Origin: an uncultured Methanolobus sp.
GTDB lineage: Archaea; Halobacteriota; Methanosarcinia; Methanosarcinales; Methanosarcinaceae
Direction of reading: 5' to 3'
DNA length: 64,000 bases
Assembly: GCA_963675495.1 (NCBI GenBank)
Contig: OY776215.1
Span: 480,001 to 544,000 of the forward strand
Shown: piece after piece, positions 40,314 to 49,717 of the stretch
How positions within the stretch are numbered: the first letter of the stretch is position 1
Layout: each line of letters starts with the position of its first letter
Notes under the pieces: model-generated
Databases searched by the model: none
Seen by the model: the letters and a program-made list of their open reading frames with translations, nothing else
What the model was told of the DNA's origin: nothing
Translations under genes and position numbers: made by a program

Positions 40314-41429
40314 TTAAGAGATTGTCAGGTTGCCCGAAACATGACTGAGTTTGGAGGTCATACCGTCGTCATCTATAACCATCAGGTCAATAGTCAGATT
40401 GTTAGCAGTATTAGGATAATTAGTGATAACGGGCCTTACAACCATCCCAGAGAGACTAGTATAATTATAAATTTGATTAGAGTCTTCCCATATAGCCCAT
40501 CTGTAACCTGTTATGAAACCATCTGAATCCACTGAATCCGATGCATCCAGTATCCAATAATTTTTAATCGTGGGAGTTCCATTTCCATCGAGAATTGATT
40601 CCACTTTGAACTGCACTTCGGCCACCGGCATTGGTGGAGTGAAAAGCTCCCTGAATACGTTGATATAGGATGTTATCATTTCGATTTTAAGAGGGTCGTT
40701 TTCAGAAGGAGCATTTCCCACATATGAAAGGAAGTCAATTGTGTATGAGATATCGTAAGCAGACGTGTTTGTAAGACTGCCGCCAAAATCTGAACCGAAG
40801 AATGTTATCTGTCTGCTCTCATTATCTATCAAATAATTGCCTGCTTCGGTACATGTTGTTGAATTAACAGAATCGTTCACATGGTAATCGTAATGAATAT
40901 CGCCGTAGGCAGGCCATGGATGTTTTTGCAGTGAATATGTGAAATTAATGCTGTTATTAGTCCATGTAGAATTGTCTATGATTTCTGTGCCCTCTACAGT
41001 AATATCCGAAAAGTTAAGGTGAACGGTCTTGCTTTTTGTTGCAGGTATCTTTAACCTATGGTTTGCACTATAAACTGCAGGGTAGTTCCTGTAAACATCG
41101 AATGTACCTGGACTGTCATATGCTTTGAAATGTAGAAAATACCCGTTATTCACGCTTATTGAAGAAATATAGGAATCCTCAATATTGAGATTTAGTATTT
41201 TCAGGTCAATGGACTGCCATGTGGAACCATTGCCAACTGGATCCATAGAAACAATTTTAAGATCCTCGTTCTCAACAGATGTTTGATGGCTTTCAAGTTC
41301 CATAGCTTGTTTCTGCGTTGTAGAGATCATGTAAGCAACGCTTGAAGCGGCGATTATTGTAATTAGTATCAGAAGTAGCGTGCCAAATATGACTGAAACT
41401 CCACGTGTATCCTTTAAAAACGCTTTCAT
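40314..41429 (-). CDS. Large type IV pilin/archaellin-like protein with class III signal peptide and C-terminal PKD-like domain
   Basis: MKAFLKDTRG|VSVIFGTLLLILITIIAAS; C-terminal LDASDSVDSDGFITGYRW..LMVIDDDG; many N-x-S/T sequons. Confidence 0.85.
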   Translation of the reverse strand: MKAFLKDTRGVSVIFGTLLLILITIIAASSVAYMISTTQKQAMELESHQTSVENEDLKIVSMDPVGNGSTWQSIDLKILNLNIEDSYISSISVNNGYFLHFKAYDSPGTFDVYRNYPAVYSANHRLKIPATKSKTVHLNFSDITVEGTEIIDNSTWTNNSINFTYSLQKHPWPAYGDIHYDYHVNDSVNSTTCTEAGNYLIDNESRQITFFGSDFGGSLTNTSAYDISYTIDFLSYVGNAPSENDPLKIEMITSYINVFRELFTPPMPVAEVQFKVESILDGNGTPTIKNYWILDASDSVDSDGFITGYRWAIWEDSNQIYNYTSLSGMVVRPVITNYPNTANNLTIDLMVIDDDGMTSKLSHVSGNLTIS

Positions 41430-41549
41430 ATCGTTACCAACCATCTGTGATGAGAAAGCCGATTACTGATTATATACTTTATTCCTATAATATATATAGG
41501 CCACCATAATCTATTTACTTAGCATGATTATTCCAAAACCATTTAAGCA

Positions 41550-42245
41550 ATGATTACTTTTAGAGCTTTGATGGTGCTTACTAGCTTCGGTTTGAAAAAC
41601 GTACCTGCCAATGTGGTACTGTTAATAGAGGAAGATATAGGAGATGTAAAGAGTGTATTCTTCCGCAAGATAAGCTCCGATGCACTAACGCTCGGAAAAA
41701 AAGTACATTACATATCAACAAGAAGTTCCGGAAAGGATATTACGGCTGAACTAAGTGAATCTGCCACCACGAGCCTGTCGGAGAACTTTACAATCATAGG
41801 TAACTTTTCAGACCCTGTGGCATTGCTTGATATGTGTTACAGAAGACATAATCTATGCAATAGGCTTTATGGAGAAAATGCAGGCCCATTGCACAATATA
41901 ATCGATGCAGATGTTTGCATCATAGACATGTTCTCCTCACTTTTCATTCATGAGGAAATCGAGGTCATTTCCGAGGCAATTAGATCACTCATCAATATCA
42001 GCAGGGAAGCAAACATCACATTCCTGCTCTCGGCAGACATGGGCATACTTCCCGAGAGGGCTGAGAAGATCATCCGCTCCATGGTTGACGGCGTAATCCA
42101 GTTCAGGACAGAGTACACCGGGGACAAGATTAACAGATTCATAAACATCCCTAAAATGAAAGGCAGTCTCCCCCTGAATAAAATGATAGCCTACAATGTC
42201 ACCAGACAGGGAATCACCATGGATACAAGGGAAAGGGTTGGTTAA
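41550..42245 (+). CDS. RecA/KaiC-superfamily (FlaH/ArlH-like) protein with degenerate Walker A
   Basis: VLLIEEDIGDVKSVF, YISTR, CIIDMFS, MVDGVIQFR, IPKMKG, GITMDTRERV. Confidence 0.75.
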   Translation: MITFRALMVLTSFGLKNVPANVVLLIEEDIGDVKSVFFRKISSDALTLGKKVHYISTRSSGKDITAELSESATTSLSENFTIIGNFSDPVALLDMCYRRHNLCNRLYGENAGPLHNIIDADVCIIDMFSSLFIHEEIEVISEAIRSLINISREANITFLLSADMGILPERAEKIIRSMVDGVIQFRTEYTGDKINRFINIPKMKGSLPLNKMIAYNVTRQGITMDTRERVG

Positions 42246-42270
42246 TATTCCATGAAGAATTCTACCGGGT

Positions 42271-42750
42271 CTATGATTGTATACCTTGCTTTTCTTCCGC
42301 ATCATTGTATCTTATAAATGAGGGAGGGTTCAAACCATCCGTTGGATGGTAATTGATAGAGATGAACCTCATTATACTCAATACTAACAATAAAGCAGAA
42401 AAGACCAGCAAAACATCAGTCTTAAAATTATTACTGTATACCAGCACAGTGATCTCACGCATGATTGTCAGAATAGTAGCATCAGCCACATAGGTAAGCC
42501 TTATTCTCTCATGAACACGATAATCAGCGAAGGTCTTGAAGAGGTCAATGAGAACAAAGATCGTCAGAATACCGTATACTACCTGACTCAGATCACCTGT
42601 TTTCAACAATACATACCATATAGTCCGGAAAATATTGAACGTTTCTATGATTATTGCCAGCAAGAGTATGTAAAGTACTGTAACCGTCACTGCGTAAATT
42701 ACTTTTTTGTATATTTTATCATGTAATTGCATTTCGATTTTCCATGGCAA
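42271..42750 (-). CDS. Phosphate-starvation-inducible PsiE family membrane protein
   Basis: Four TM segments; ILTIFVLIDLFKTF.DY..HERIRLTYVADATILTIMRE pattern. Confidence 0.8.
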   Translation of the reverse strand: MPWKIEMQLHDKIYKKVIYAVTVTVLYILLLAIIIETFNIFRTIWYVLLKTGDLSQVVYGILTIFVLIDLFKTFADYRVHERIRLTYVADATILTIMREITVLVYSNNFKTDVLLVFSALLLVLSIMRFISINYHPTDGLNPPSFIRYNDAEEKQGIQS

Positions 42751-42848
42751 CCAGAATACAGTGTAAAAACAATTCTATTTTTCAAACAACAATTACAATC
42801 AACATCCAGATGAAGTTGGAAAATCAGTTAACCTGAATATTGAGAATC

Positions 42849-43013
42849 TCACTCCATTATCCCTTCGATCTTAGCACCATCATAATTGCAGCGGGTGTTG
42901 ATCACTCCCTGAAGGATGGGCTTATACTCTGCATCATCATCATCGTTTTGAACTTTGACGGAAGCGCTATACTCAGAACCATTTGTTTTTATCCATGTTT
43001 TTACTGATTTCAT
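42849..43013 (-). CDS. 54-aa hypothetical protein (absent from the ORF track)
   Basis: MKSVKTWIKTNGSEYSASVKVQNDDDDAEYKPILQGVINTRCNYDGAKIEGIME; GGAGG RBS 7 nt upstream and TATATAA further upstream. Confidence 0.65.
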   Translation of the reverse strand: MKSVKTWIKTNGSEYSASVKVQNDDDDAEYKPILQGVINTRCNYDGAKIEGIME

Positions 43014-43312
43014 TTTATTTCCTCCACATGTGAGTGATATTTATTACTCGTGGAATATTATATAGGATTTACACCAATATTTTAGTAGAACTATGATTGC
43101 CTATATATATTATAGAAAATAAAATTCATAGAAATCATGATTGGATAGAACCCCCCGATTCCCAGCCAGTAAAACAAGTTAACGATACGTTTAAGCATCC
43201 TTCTAATCATCAGGAATGACTGAGACGTTTGCCAGCTGATATTGATCGTTTTTCTACAGAGCCATAGTTTCACAGGGTTTTTTATTTTTTGAATACAAGC
43301 TGGAAGAGAGGA

Positions 43313-44698
43313 TTATTCACCCCCTCCATTAACTATTATCGTTGCTGTACCTTTTGATTCACCTGCCGTTGCGGTGACAATGTATGTCCCGGCATCTGAG
43401 CCCGGAATCGGCGTTATTGCTACCGTACCATCCTCTTCTGTCATGGAACTTGTTATCACACCATCTGGTGATATTGACATTTTGACAAAGGTACCAGAAA
43501 CAGGATTCCCATCCATATCAGTTACGTTGAATACGATAGGTTGCTGCAGTGGAATACCACCAAACACTTCCTGCCCATTACCGGAAACGACATTGAGCAT
43601 ATAAGAATCCCCGACACCTGCAGGCAACAGAAGTGTTACACATGCAACATAGCTAAGGATTATCAATAATGCTGAATGCTTGAACCCATGTTTTATCTCA
43701 CCTTCTGTGATCTGGCCGATAATAAGACCACCAAAAAGAGCGTTCAGTATGATCATGTGGAAAAAACCGCGCTCAAAATCAATATCTGAAAGACCTGCAC
43801 CCCCGAGCATTTCCATGCCCACACCCTGAATTAGTGGAAGCAGGGATGTAGAAAGGATGTACGTGAGCATCACAATGATACCCTGAGCAAGGTAGAAAAT
43901 GACAATGTACTGTTTCAGATTCGCCTCCTTTTCTTTCTGTATGTTTATTACCGCCCTCATATCCTCTGAAGTGCGAAACAGCAGGTCAGCAACATTTCCT
44001 CCTGTATATGCTGCCTGGACAACCACGTCGATATATCTGGCAACAAGGCGGCTTTTCATAGACTTTGACATCTTGTGCATGGATTCATCGAACGATTTAC
44101 CCAGCACCATTGAAGAAGCTGCATCCTGTGCATTCTTACTTATCACACCAAGATTGGTTTTTGAGAGATTAATGAACCCTTTTACAGGATCAATTCCTCC
44201 CCTCATGAGTTCTGAAAGCTTGTAAAGGAACTCACTGAAAGCCAGTTCCCTCTTTTGCAGAAGCCTTTTCTGAAGATATGAATCAATTGAAAATGGAATC
44301 AATGCCACCAGTATGGCAAATACCATTATGTGATCCAGATCGTCCCTGGCCTTATCCTCCTCAGATTCCAGTTCTATTTCCTCTTCTTCAACAGCTACGA
44401 CTTCACCCCTTTCTGCTGCCTCCGCAGCTTCCATCTCAGCCACAAGAGCTTCATATGCAGCCTGTTTTGAAGCAGCTTCATCGCTCACAGGAGTACTGCC
44501 CTGCGAATCATCAGTCACAAAAGAGTGACCGCCAAGAATAGCCATTAATATTATCATCAACGCGATAAAAATTGGAATACCAAGGGTTAGATACTCACGC
44601 TTGATATCATAGCGTATTGTCAATATCTGTACGTAACGTTGTATTGTAAGACGATATTTTTCAATATTCATAAAGTACTCCTTGAATATTTCATCCAC
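43313..44698 (-). CDS. Type II/IV secretion F-family platform protein (TadC/ArlJ-like) with C-terminal Ig-like domain
   Basis: FSEFLYKLSELMRGG, AAYTGGNVADLL, GQITEGEIKHGFKH; tail VSGNGQ..VTDMDGNPVSG..GTYIVTAT; start may be 44671. Confidence 0.88.
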   Translation of the reverse strand: MDEIFKEYFMNIEKYRLTIQRYVQILTIRYDIKREYLTLGIPIFIALMIILMAILGGHSFVTDDSQGSTPVSDEAASKQAAYEALVAEMEAAEAAERGEVVAVEEEEIELESEEDKARDDLDHIMVFAILVALIPFSIDSYLQKRLLQKRELAFSEFLYKLSELMRGGIDPVKGFINLSKTNLGVISKNAQDAASSMVLGKSFDESMHKMSKSMKSRLVARYIDVVVQAAYTGGNVADLLFRTSEDMRAVINIQKEKEANLKQYIVIFYLAQGIIVMLTYILSTSLLPLIQGVGMEMLGGAGLSDIDFERGFFHMIILNALFGGLIIGQITEGEIKHGFKHSALLIILSYVACVTLLLPAGVGDSYMLNVVSGNGQEVFGGIPLQQPIVFNVTDMDGNPVSGTFVKMSISPDGVITSSMTEEDGTVAITPIPGSDAGTYIVTATAGESKGTATIIVNGGGE

Positions 44699-45585
44699 AA
44701 TAAAATCAGGAAAACAATGTTAATGAACGGTAGCATGAAGTAGACAAAGAACTGGAACATCTGTTTGGCTGTAAATGGTCCCAGATCAATACCAAGTGCA
44801 CTTGTTACCACTATCATCAGTACCACAAGTACAACGCTCATAACGACACCACTAAGGTAGCCTTCTCCATATACACCCAGAGATTCAACAAACTCCTGCT
44901 GCATCTGTCGCCTCATGTCCATGAGTTCCCTGGACTTCATATCAAGATACGTACGCAGACCTCCACCTGACTGCATGGAGTTGGCAAGATCGATACATAT
45001 GGTTCGCAGTGATTCGGAGGAAGTATTGCGAATAAGGTGATTCATAGCACTAACACCATCTTCCCCCAGAACATCCACACGGTACATTACCTTACCAAAT
45101 TCAACTGAAACATCACCATAATCCTCTATGGCAACTGTTCTGATAACATCCATAGGAGTTGAACCTGCACTCGCAAGGATAGTCATATATCCCAATGCGA
45201 AAGGCATCTCATGTTCAATGTTCATATCCTTGCTGGATATCTTATTGTAGAGCATAAAAGGAAAGCTACTCACGGAAAGACCAAATGTAATGAAAGTCAG
45301 GATACTGATGTAAACAAGCGGCGAAGAGGAAGTGCGAAAGAAAAGTAGAGAAAAGAGAAAAACTACAAATGAAGCAAAGGCAGCTGTTACCAGTGCAAGA
45401 GAAATAAACATACCAGGAGTCATCACCAAATCTGCCTGATAGAGTGATCTTGCAATCTCATCCTGCGGTTTTTTATCAATATATTTTCCAAATGCATAAC
45501 ACAACATTTTATATTTTTCAATATACTTGTTAGTATTTTCATCATTGAAAGCCTGGTGAACATCAACATTCTCGGTCTTGACCAT
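44668..45585 (-). CDS. Type II/IV secretion F-family platform protein (TadB/TadC-like)
   Basis: IEHEMPFALGYMTILASAG, YGDVSVEF, SGGGLRTYL; several TM helices. Confidence 0.9.
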   Translation of the reverse strand: MVKTENVDVHQAFNDENTNKYIEKYKMLCYAFGKYIDKKPQDEIARSLYQADLVMTPGMFISLALVTAAFASFVVFLFSLLFFRTSSSPLVYISILTFITFGLSVSSFPFMLYNKISSKDMNIEHEMPFALGYMTILASAGSTPMDVIRTVAIEDYGDVSVEFGKVMYRVDVLGEDGVSAMNHLIRNTSSESLRTICIDLANSMQSGGGLRTYLDMKSRELMDMRRQMQQEFVESLGVYGEGYLSGVVMSVVLVVLMIVVTSALGIDLGPFTAKQMFQFFVYFMLPFINIVFLILLWMKYSRSTL

Positions 45586-47769
45586 TTAATGCGTCATCTC
45601 CAGCAGTTCATCTTTCTGCCTTGAGTATTTCCTGATGGCTTTTGCAACTGATTCATATTCATGAATACCGTCACGTGCCATACTTTCAAGGTACTTTGCC
45701 CTCAGATCCATTTCCCGGACAAGTTCAGCCGGATCGATACCGAATTCTTCATTTATGTCGTCAAAAAGAGCACTGCTGCCACTGAACTCATATTCATCGG
45801 TAACCGGATTCCATTTAAATACCGGGTTTGTTATCAAATCGCCACGTTCAGGATCAAGTTCTGCAATTTCCACAATCCTCAGTGCACGTCTGAGGAAGTG
45901 TTCACCAACCTTGATCATGGAATTGAAAATGACCATGTCCACACTGGCAAAAAGGTTCCTGGGCACATTCATAGGCTCAGATTCCACTCTTGAGAGCAGT
46001 TCATGTATGGAACCTGCGTGTATTGTACCCATACAGGGGTGACCGACGGAGATAGCCTGGAAGAGAGTGCCGGCTTCAGCACCACGAACCTCACCAACCA
46101 CTATGTATTCAGGTCTTTGTCTCAAAGCAGCCTTAAGCAGGTCGAAGAGTTCGATATCGCCTGCGGTTTTACCGCCTTCACTACCACCAAAACCAGCCCT
46201 TGTGATGGACTGGGTCCAGTTAGGATGCATGAGGTTCATCTCGGCAGTATCCTCAATGGAGACTATCTTATACTCCGGTGGAATGAACGCTCCAAGGGCA
46301 TTGAGTGTTGTTGTCTTACCGGAAGCAGTTCCACCTGCTGCCAGCACGGAACGTTTGTATTCCACCATGAGCCAGAAATAGGCGAGTACGGTTGAATCGT
46401 AGGTCTTGTAATTCATCAGGTCGATACAGGATACAGGATTTGATTTGAAACGCCTGATAGTAAAAGTCGAACCCCTTTTGGTAACCTCTTTTCCAAGAGT
46501 GAGGTTTGCTCGGCTCCCATCCACAAGGGTAGCATCCCTGATGGGCTCCAGCACGGAAATATGCCTGCCTGCTGCCTGTGCCATTCTCATGACGAAGTTG
46601 TTTAGCTCTATTTCTTCATAAATAACATCAGTAGCCACGGAACCATATACCCTGTGATTGACATACAGTGGCGTGAAAGGACCATTGCAAGTGATATCCT
46701 CAAGATAAGGGTCTTTCATAAGGAGATCCATCCTGTCAAATCCCATGTATTTTTTATGCAGGTAGTAGAAGAATTTGTCTTTCTGAGTTTCAGTAAGTTT
46801 CAAGCGATATATATCGACAATCAGATCAAATCTGTCCCTTAGAGCATCAACACGATCCTCTTCCTCTACTAGAAGGATCTCTGAGTGAGCCATTTTGTCA
46901 AATGCATTCTGTATGATGAAGAAAGCTTCCTTTTCAGTTTCACTTAAAGGAGGCTCAAGACATTGATATTGAAGGGATTCCCCATCAAATTCAATATGAA
47001 CATACTGGTTTTTAGGAGTTACTTCATAAGTAATATTCACTTCCTTTTGAGGAACTCCGGGAGCAGGAACAGACAGTTCACCAAAAATGAACTCAGCTTC
47101 TTCGATAGTTTCAGGTTTTGGGGTTATCATCTGCTCTATTTTTTTAAGAAGTAAAGAAGAGGAGGGCTCTTTTATGGACTCCTGTTCCTGCCCATTTACG
47201 GATGTGGATTCATCGTGATCTGTGATTTCAGTAGACGTTTTCTTGTTCTTTCGGAGATTTAAACCGAACTTCCGTTTCTTTTTAACGGGTTTGTTGTTCT
47301 GTTTTTCATCATCCAGTAGAGTACCTGCATCTTCTGATGTAGTTTTAGTTTGTTTATGCGGTTTTTTATCTTTGGAGGATTTCCTGTTTTTCTTCTTCAA
47401 GCTCAAGCCAAATTTTTTCTTTTTAGTAGGCTCTTCTTCCCCTTCAATTAAAATGGAAGAAAATTCATCTTCACCCATAACTTCATTGTCAGGAATTACA
47501 TCATTGACAGTCTGTTTACCAGATTTCTTATCAACATAGTCCAGACTATATCCAGCATCAACTTCATCCTCGTCTTTCAGGAGAGAGGTCAGTTCTTCTT
47601 TTTCTATGTGCCCGTTGCCGGAGATGAGATTGTTATCTACTCGTTCCCGGGTTTCTTCTCCGGCATGAACCGGCGTATCTTCGACACCGGTTTCTTCCGG
47701 AATGGACATAACAGGTTCAGAAGATGATTTTTTTCTACTGAACCTAGATTTTAATCGGAGTTTAGCCAA
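45586..47769 (-). CDS. Type IV pilus assembly ATPase (ArlI/FlaI/TadA family) with long charged N-terminal extension
   Basis: DPYLEDITCNG, FTIRRF, Walker A GGTASGKTT, IEDTAE, ALRQRPEYIVVGEVRGAE, GH..TIHA; probable TTG start 47769 after GGAGG, overlapping the end of pstA. Confidence 0.95.
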   Translation of the reverse strand: MAKLRLKSRFSRKKSSSEPVMSIPEETGVEDTPVHAGEETRERVDNNLISGNGHIEKEELTSLLKDEDEVDAGYSLDYVDKKSGKQTVNDVIPDNEVMGEDEFSSILIEGEEEPTKKKKFGLSLKKKNRKSSKDKKPHKQTKTTSEDAGTLLDDEKQNNKPVKKKRKFGLNLRKNKKTSTEITDHDESTSVNGQEQESIKEPSSSLLLKKIEQMITPKPETIEEAEFIFGELSVPAPGVPQKEVNITYEVTPKNQYVHIEFDGESLQYQCLEPPLSETEKEAFFIIQNAFDKMAHSEILLVEEEDRVDALRDRFDLIVDIYRLKLTETQKDKFFYYLHKKYMGFDRMDLLMKDPYLEDITCNGPFTPLYVNHRVYGSVATDVIYEEIELNNFVMRMAQAAGRHISVLEPIRDATLVDGSRANLTLGKEVTKRGSTFTIRRFKSNPVSCIDLMNYKTYDSTVLAYFWLMVEYKRSVLAAGGTASGKTTTLNALGAFIPPEYKIVSIEDTAEMNLMHPNWTQSITRAGFGGSEGGKTAGDIELFDLLKAALRQRPEYIVVGEVRGAEAGTLFQAISVGHPCMGTIHAGSIHELLSRVESEPMNVPRNLFASVDMVIFNSMIKVGEHFLRRALRIVEIAELDPERGDLITNPVFKWNPVTDEYEFSGSSALFDDINEEFGIDPAELVREMDLRAKYLESMARDGIHEYESVAKAIRKYSRQKDELLEMTH

Positions 47770-48655
47770 TTCTGCGCCTCCAGACAATTAGACGTGTGAC
47801 AGCGTTTATTATCATGACAATCAGAATTAACACAAATGCGGCTGCGAAACCTTCTGAAGGTGACACCATACTTGGGAATTCAAATGCATGATACACAGTG
47901 ATTGGAAGTGATGCGACCAGATTCTGGAAAGGAGAAAAACGTATTCCAAAAAGAATACCTTCCTTTGCCGTCACACCAAATTCCGGCATGAACTGTGTGT
48001 ATCCTGCGGTCAAAACAACAACAGCTGATTCCTCGGCAGCTCTTCCTATGCTCAGAACTATACCGGTAACGATACCTGTCAGTGCATAAGGAAGAGTTAT
48101 CTTGCTCATTGTTTCCCATTTTGTAGCCCCCAGTGCATAGCTTGCCTCTTCCAGTTCATGAGGAACTGATTTTATAGCCTCTTCCGAAGCACGCTCAATC
48201 ACAGGAATTATCAGAATGGTAAGGGCAATAGCACCTGAAATAAGAGAAAAACCGCCTGTTATGAAACGCATATGATATACAAGGAACATTAATCCGAATA
48301 TCCCAAGCACGATAGAAGGAGTTCCGGAAAGTACATCTATCACAAAACTGAAGGTGCTTACCAGACGCTCGTTCTTTGCATATTTTTTCATGTATATTGC
48401 AGTCCCTACAGCCAACGGAGCTGCCAGAATTGTAGAAGTAAGAGACAGCAAAATAGTGCCTATAATTGCATTGGCAATTCCACCTCCAAAGCCTTTCGCC
48501 TCGTTTTCAGGAGTAAAGATAAATTCGGGTGTCAGGCTTGGAAGAGCTTCAAAGGCAATTTTACCAAGAATACCGAAAAGAGTAAGTGTTGCAACTGTTG
48601 CTGAAAAATAGCACAGGAATATATAAAATGTTTCTTTCATCTTTCTATGATTCAT
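47762..48655 (-). CDS. pstA: Phosphate ABC transporter permease PstA
   Basis: GGIANAIIGT, LSGTPSIVLGIFG, EAA loop ELEEASYALGATKWET, IGRAAEESA. Confidence 0.95.
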   Translation of the reverse strand: MNHRKMKETFYIFLCYFSATVATLTLFGILGKIAFEALPSLTPEFIFTPENEAKGFGGGIANAIIGTILLSLTSTILAAPLAVGTAIYMKKYAKNERLVSTFSFVIDVLSGTPSIVLGIFGLMFLVYHMRFITGGFSLISGAIALTILIIPVIERASEEAIKSVPHELEEASYALGATKWETMSKITLPYALTGIVTGIVLSIGRAAEESAVVVLTAGYTQFMPEFGVTAKEGILFGIRFSPFQNLVASLPITVYHAFEFPSMVSPSEGFAAAFVLILIVMIINAVTRLIVWRRRIG

Positions 48656-49650
48656 TTACTGCCCCCCAATGACCTTGAAACAGCAACAAATATGATCTCT
48701 ATTGCAAAAAGTACTGCTGCAATTCCAAAAAGTGCAGCTCTTGGCTCGGGTTCTGAAAAGTGGTGACCTATATCATTGAGAATCTTTGAGGTCATTGCAT
48801 AGCCCGGAGCCATTATAGAAGACGGGATACAGTTGGAATTACCCAGTAACATGACAATGGCCATTGTTTCACCCATTGCACGCATCATGCCAAGTACTAC
48901 TGCAGACATGATACCACCTGATGATGCTGGCAGCACAACCCTTCTTATGGTCTCCCATCTGTTAGCTCCCAGAGAATAAGAAGCATGCCTGTTCTCAATA
49001 GAAACCGAGCGGATAGCATTTTCGGAAATAGTTGTGATAGTGGGGAAAACCATAATAGCAAGAACTGTGGAAGCCAGGAGTACCCCAACACCGGAACCAG
49101 GATTCACATCGACAAATATAGGAATAAAACCCAGGAGTGAATCGATTAGTGGTTCAATGCTGTTCTGAAATATGTTTTCCAGGACGAACAAACCAAATAT
49201 CCCGTAAACAACCGAAGGTATGCCCACCAGTAGTTCTATAAAAGGCCTGATCGTGGATGCCAGACGAGGAGATGCAATTTCCGATAGGAAAATTGCTGTG
49301 AAAATGCTTAACGGGACTGCCATTATTAATGTTACGACCGTCATTATAATGGTACCGGATATATAGGTCCTGATGCCGTATATGTTTTTACCGTAGTTCC
49401 ATTGATCACCGGTTATGAAATACAGACCCTGACTTTTAAAAACCGGTAATGCCGTGTAAAAGATGAATCCTACAAAGAAAATTACAATGAATGTTATGAA
49501 TATACTGCACATTAGAAAGAGCAGTTTTGTTGCAGTATTGTACAGTCCTCTCTGATTTGAACTGTAAGAACCGAATCCAAAAGTACTAAAAGTTTGATTC
49601 CAGGATGATTCCTTATTTGTAATCTGTTCAAAAAATTCTCTGCTGCCCAT
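48652..49650 (-). CDS. pstC: Phosphate ABC transporter permease PstC
   Basis: IELLVGIPSVVYGIFG, ASYSLGANRWETI, RAMGETMAI. Confidence 0.95.
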   Translation of the reverse strand: MGSREFFEQITNKESSWNQTFSTFGFGSYSSNQRGLYNTATKLLFLMCSIFITFIVIFFVGFIFYTALPVFKSQGLYFITGDQWNYGKNIYGIRTYISGTIIMTVVTLIMAVPLSIFTAIFLSEIASPRLASTIRPFIELLVGIPSVVYGIFGLFVLENIFQNSIEPLIDSLLGFIPIFVDVNPGSGVGVLLASTVLAIMVFPTITTISENAIRSVSIENRHASYSLGANRWETIRRVVLPASSGGIMSAVVLGMMRAMGETMAIVMLLGNSNCIPSSIMAPGYAMTSKILNDIGHHFSEPEPRAALFGIAAVLFAIEIIFVAVSRSLGGSK

Positions 49651-49675
49651 GATAATCGTTGTAAAAATAAAAGAT

Positions 49676-49699
49676 AGATTTGTGCATCAGCACAAATCT
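49676..49699 (-). terminator. Stem-loop between pstS and pstC (partial terminator or mRNA stabiliser)
   Basis: Perfect 10-bp arms AGATTTGTGC/GCACAAATCT followed by T-rich sequence on the minus strand. Confidence 0.65.
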
Positions 49700-49717
49700 T
49701 TATTCAGATTTTCAGGC

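Noticed and set aside
43091-43273. 60-aa ORF downstream of the platform gene
   Set aside because: No RBS, atypical composition, lies in a probable terminator region
43313-47769. Archaellum (motility) operon
   Set aside because: No arlB/C/D/E/F/G cluster or chemotaxis genes; two separate platform genes and pst linkage indicate a different type IV system
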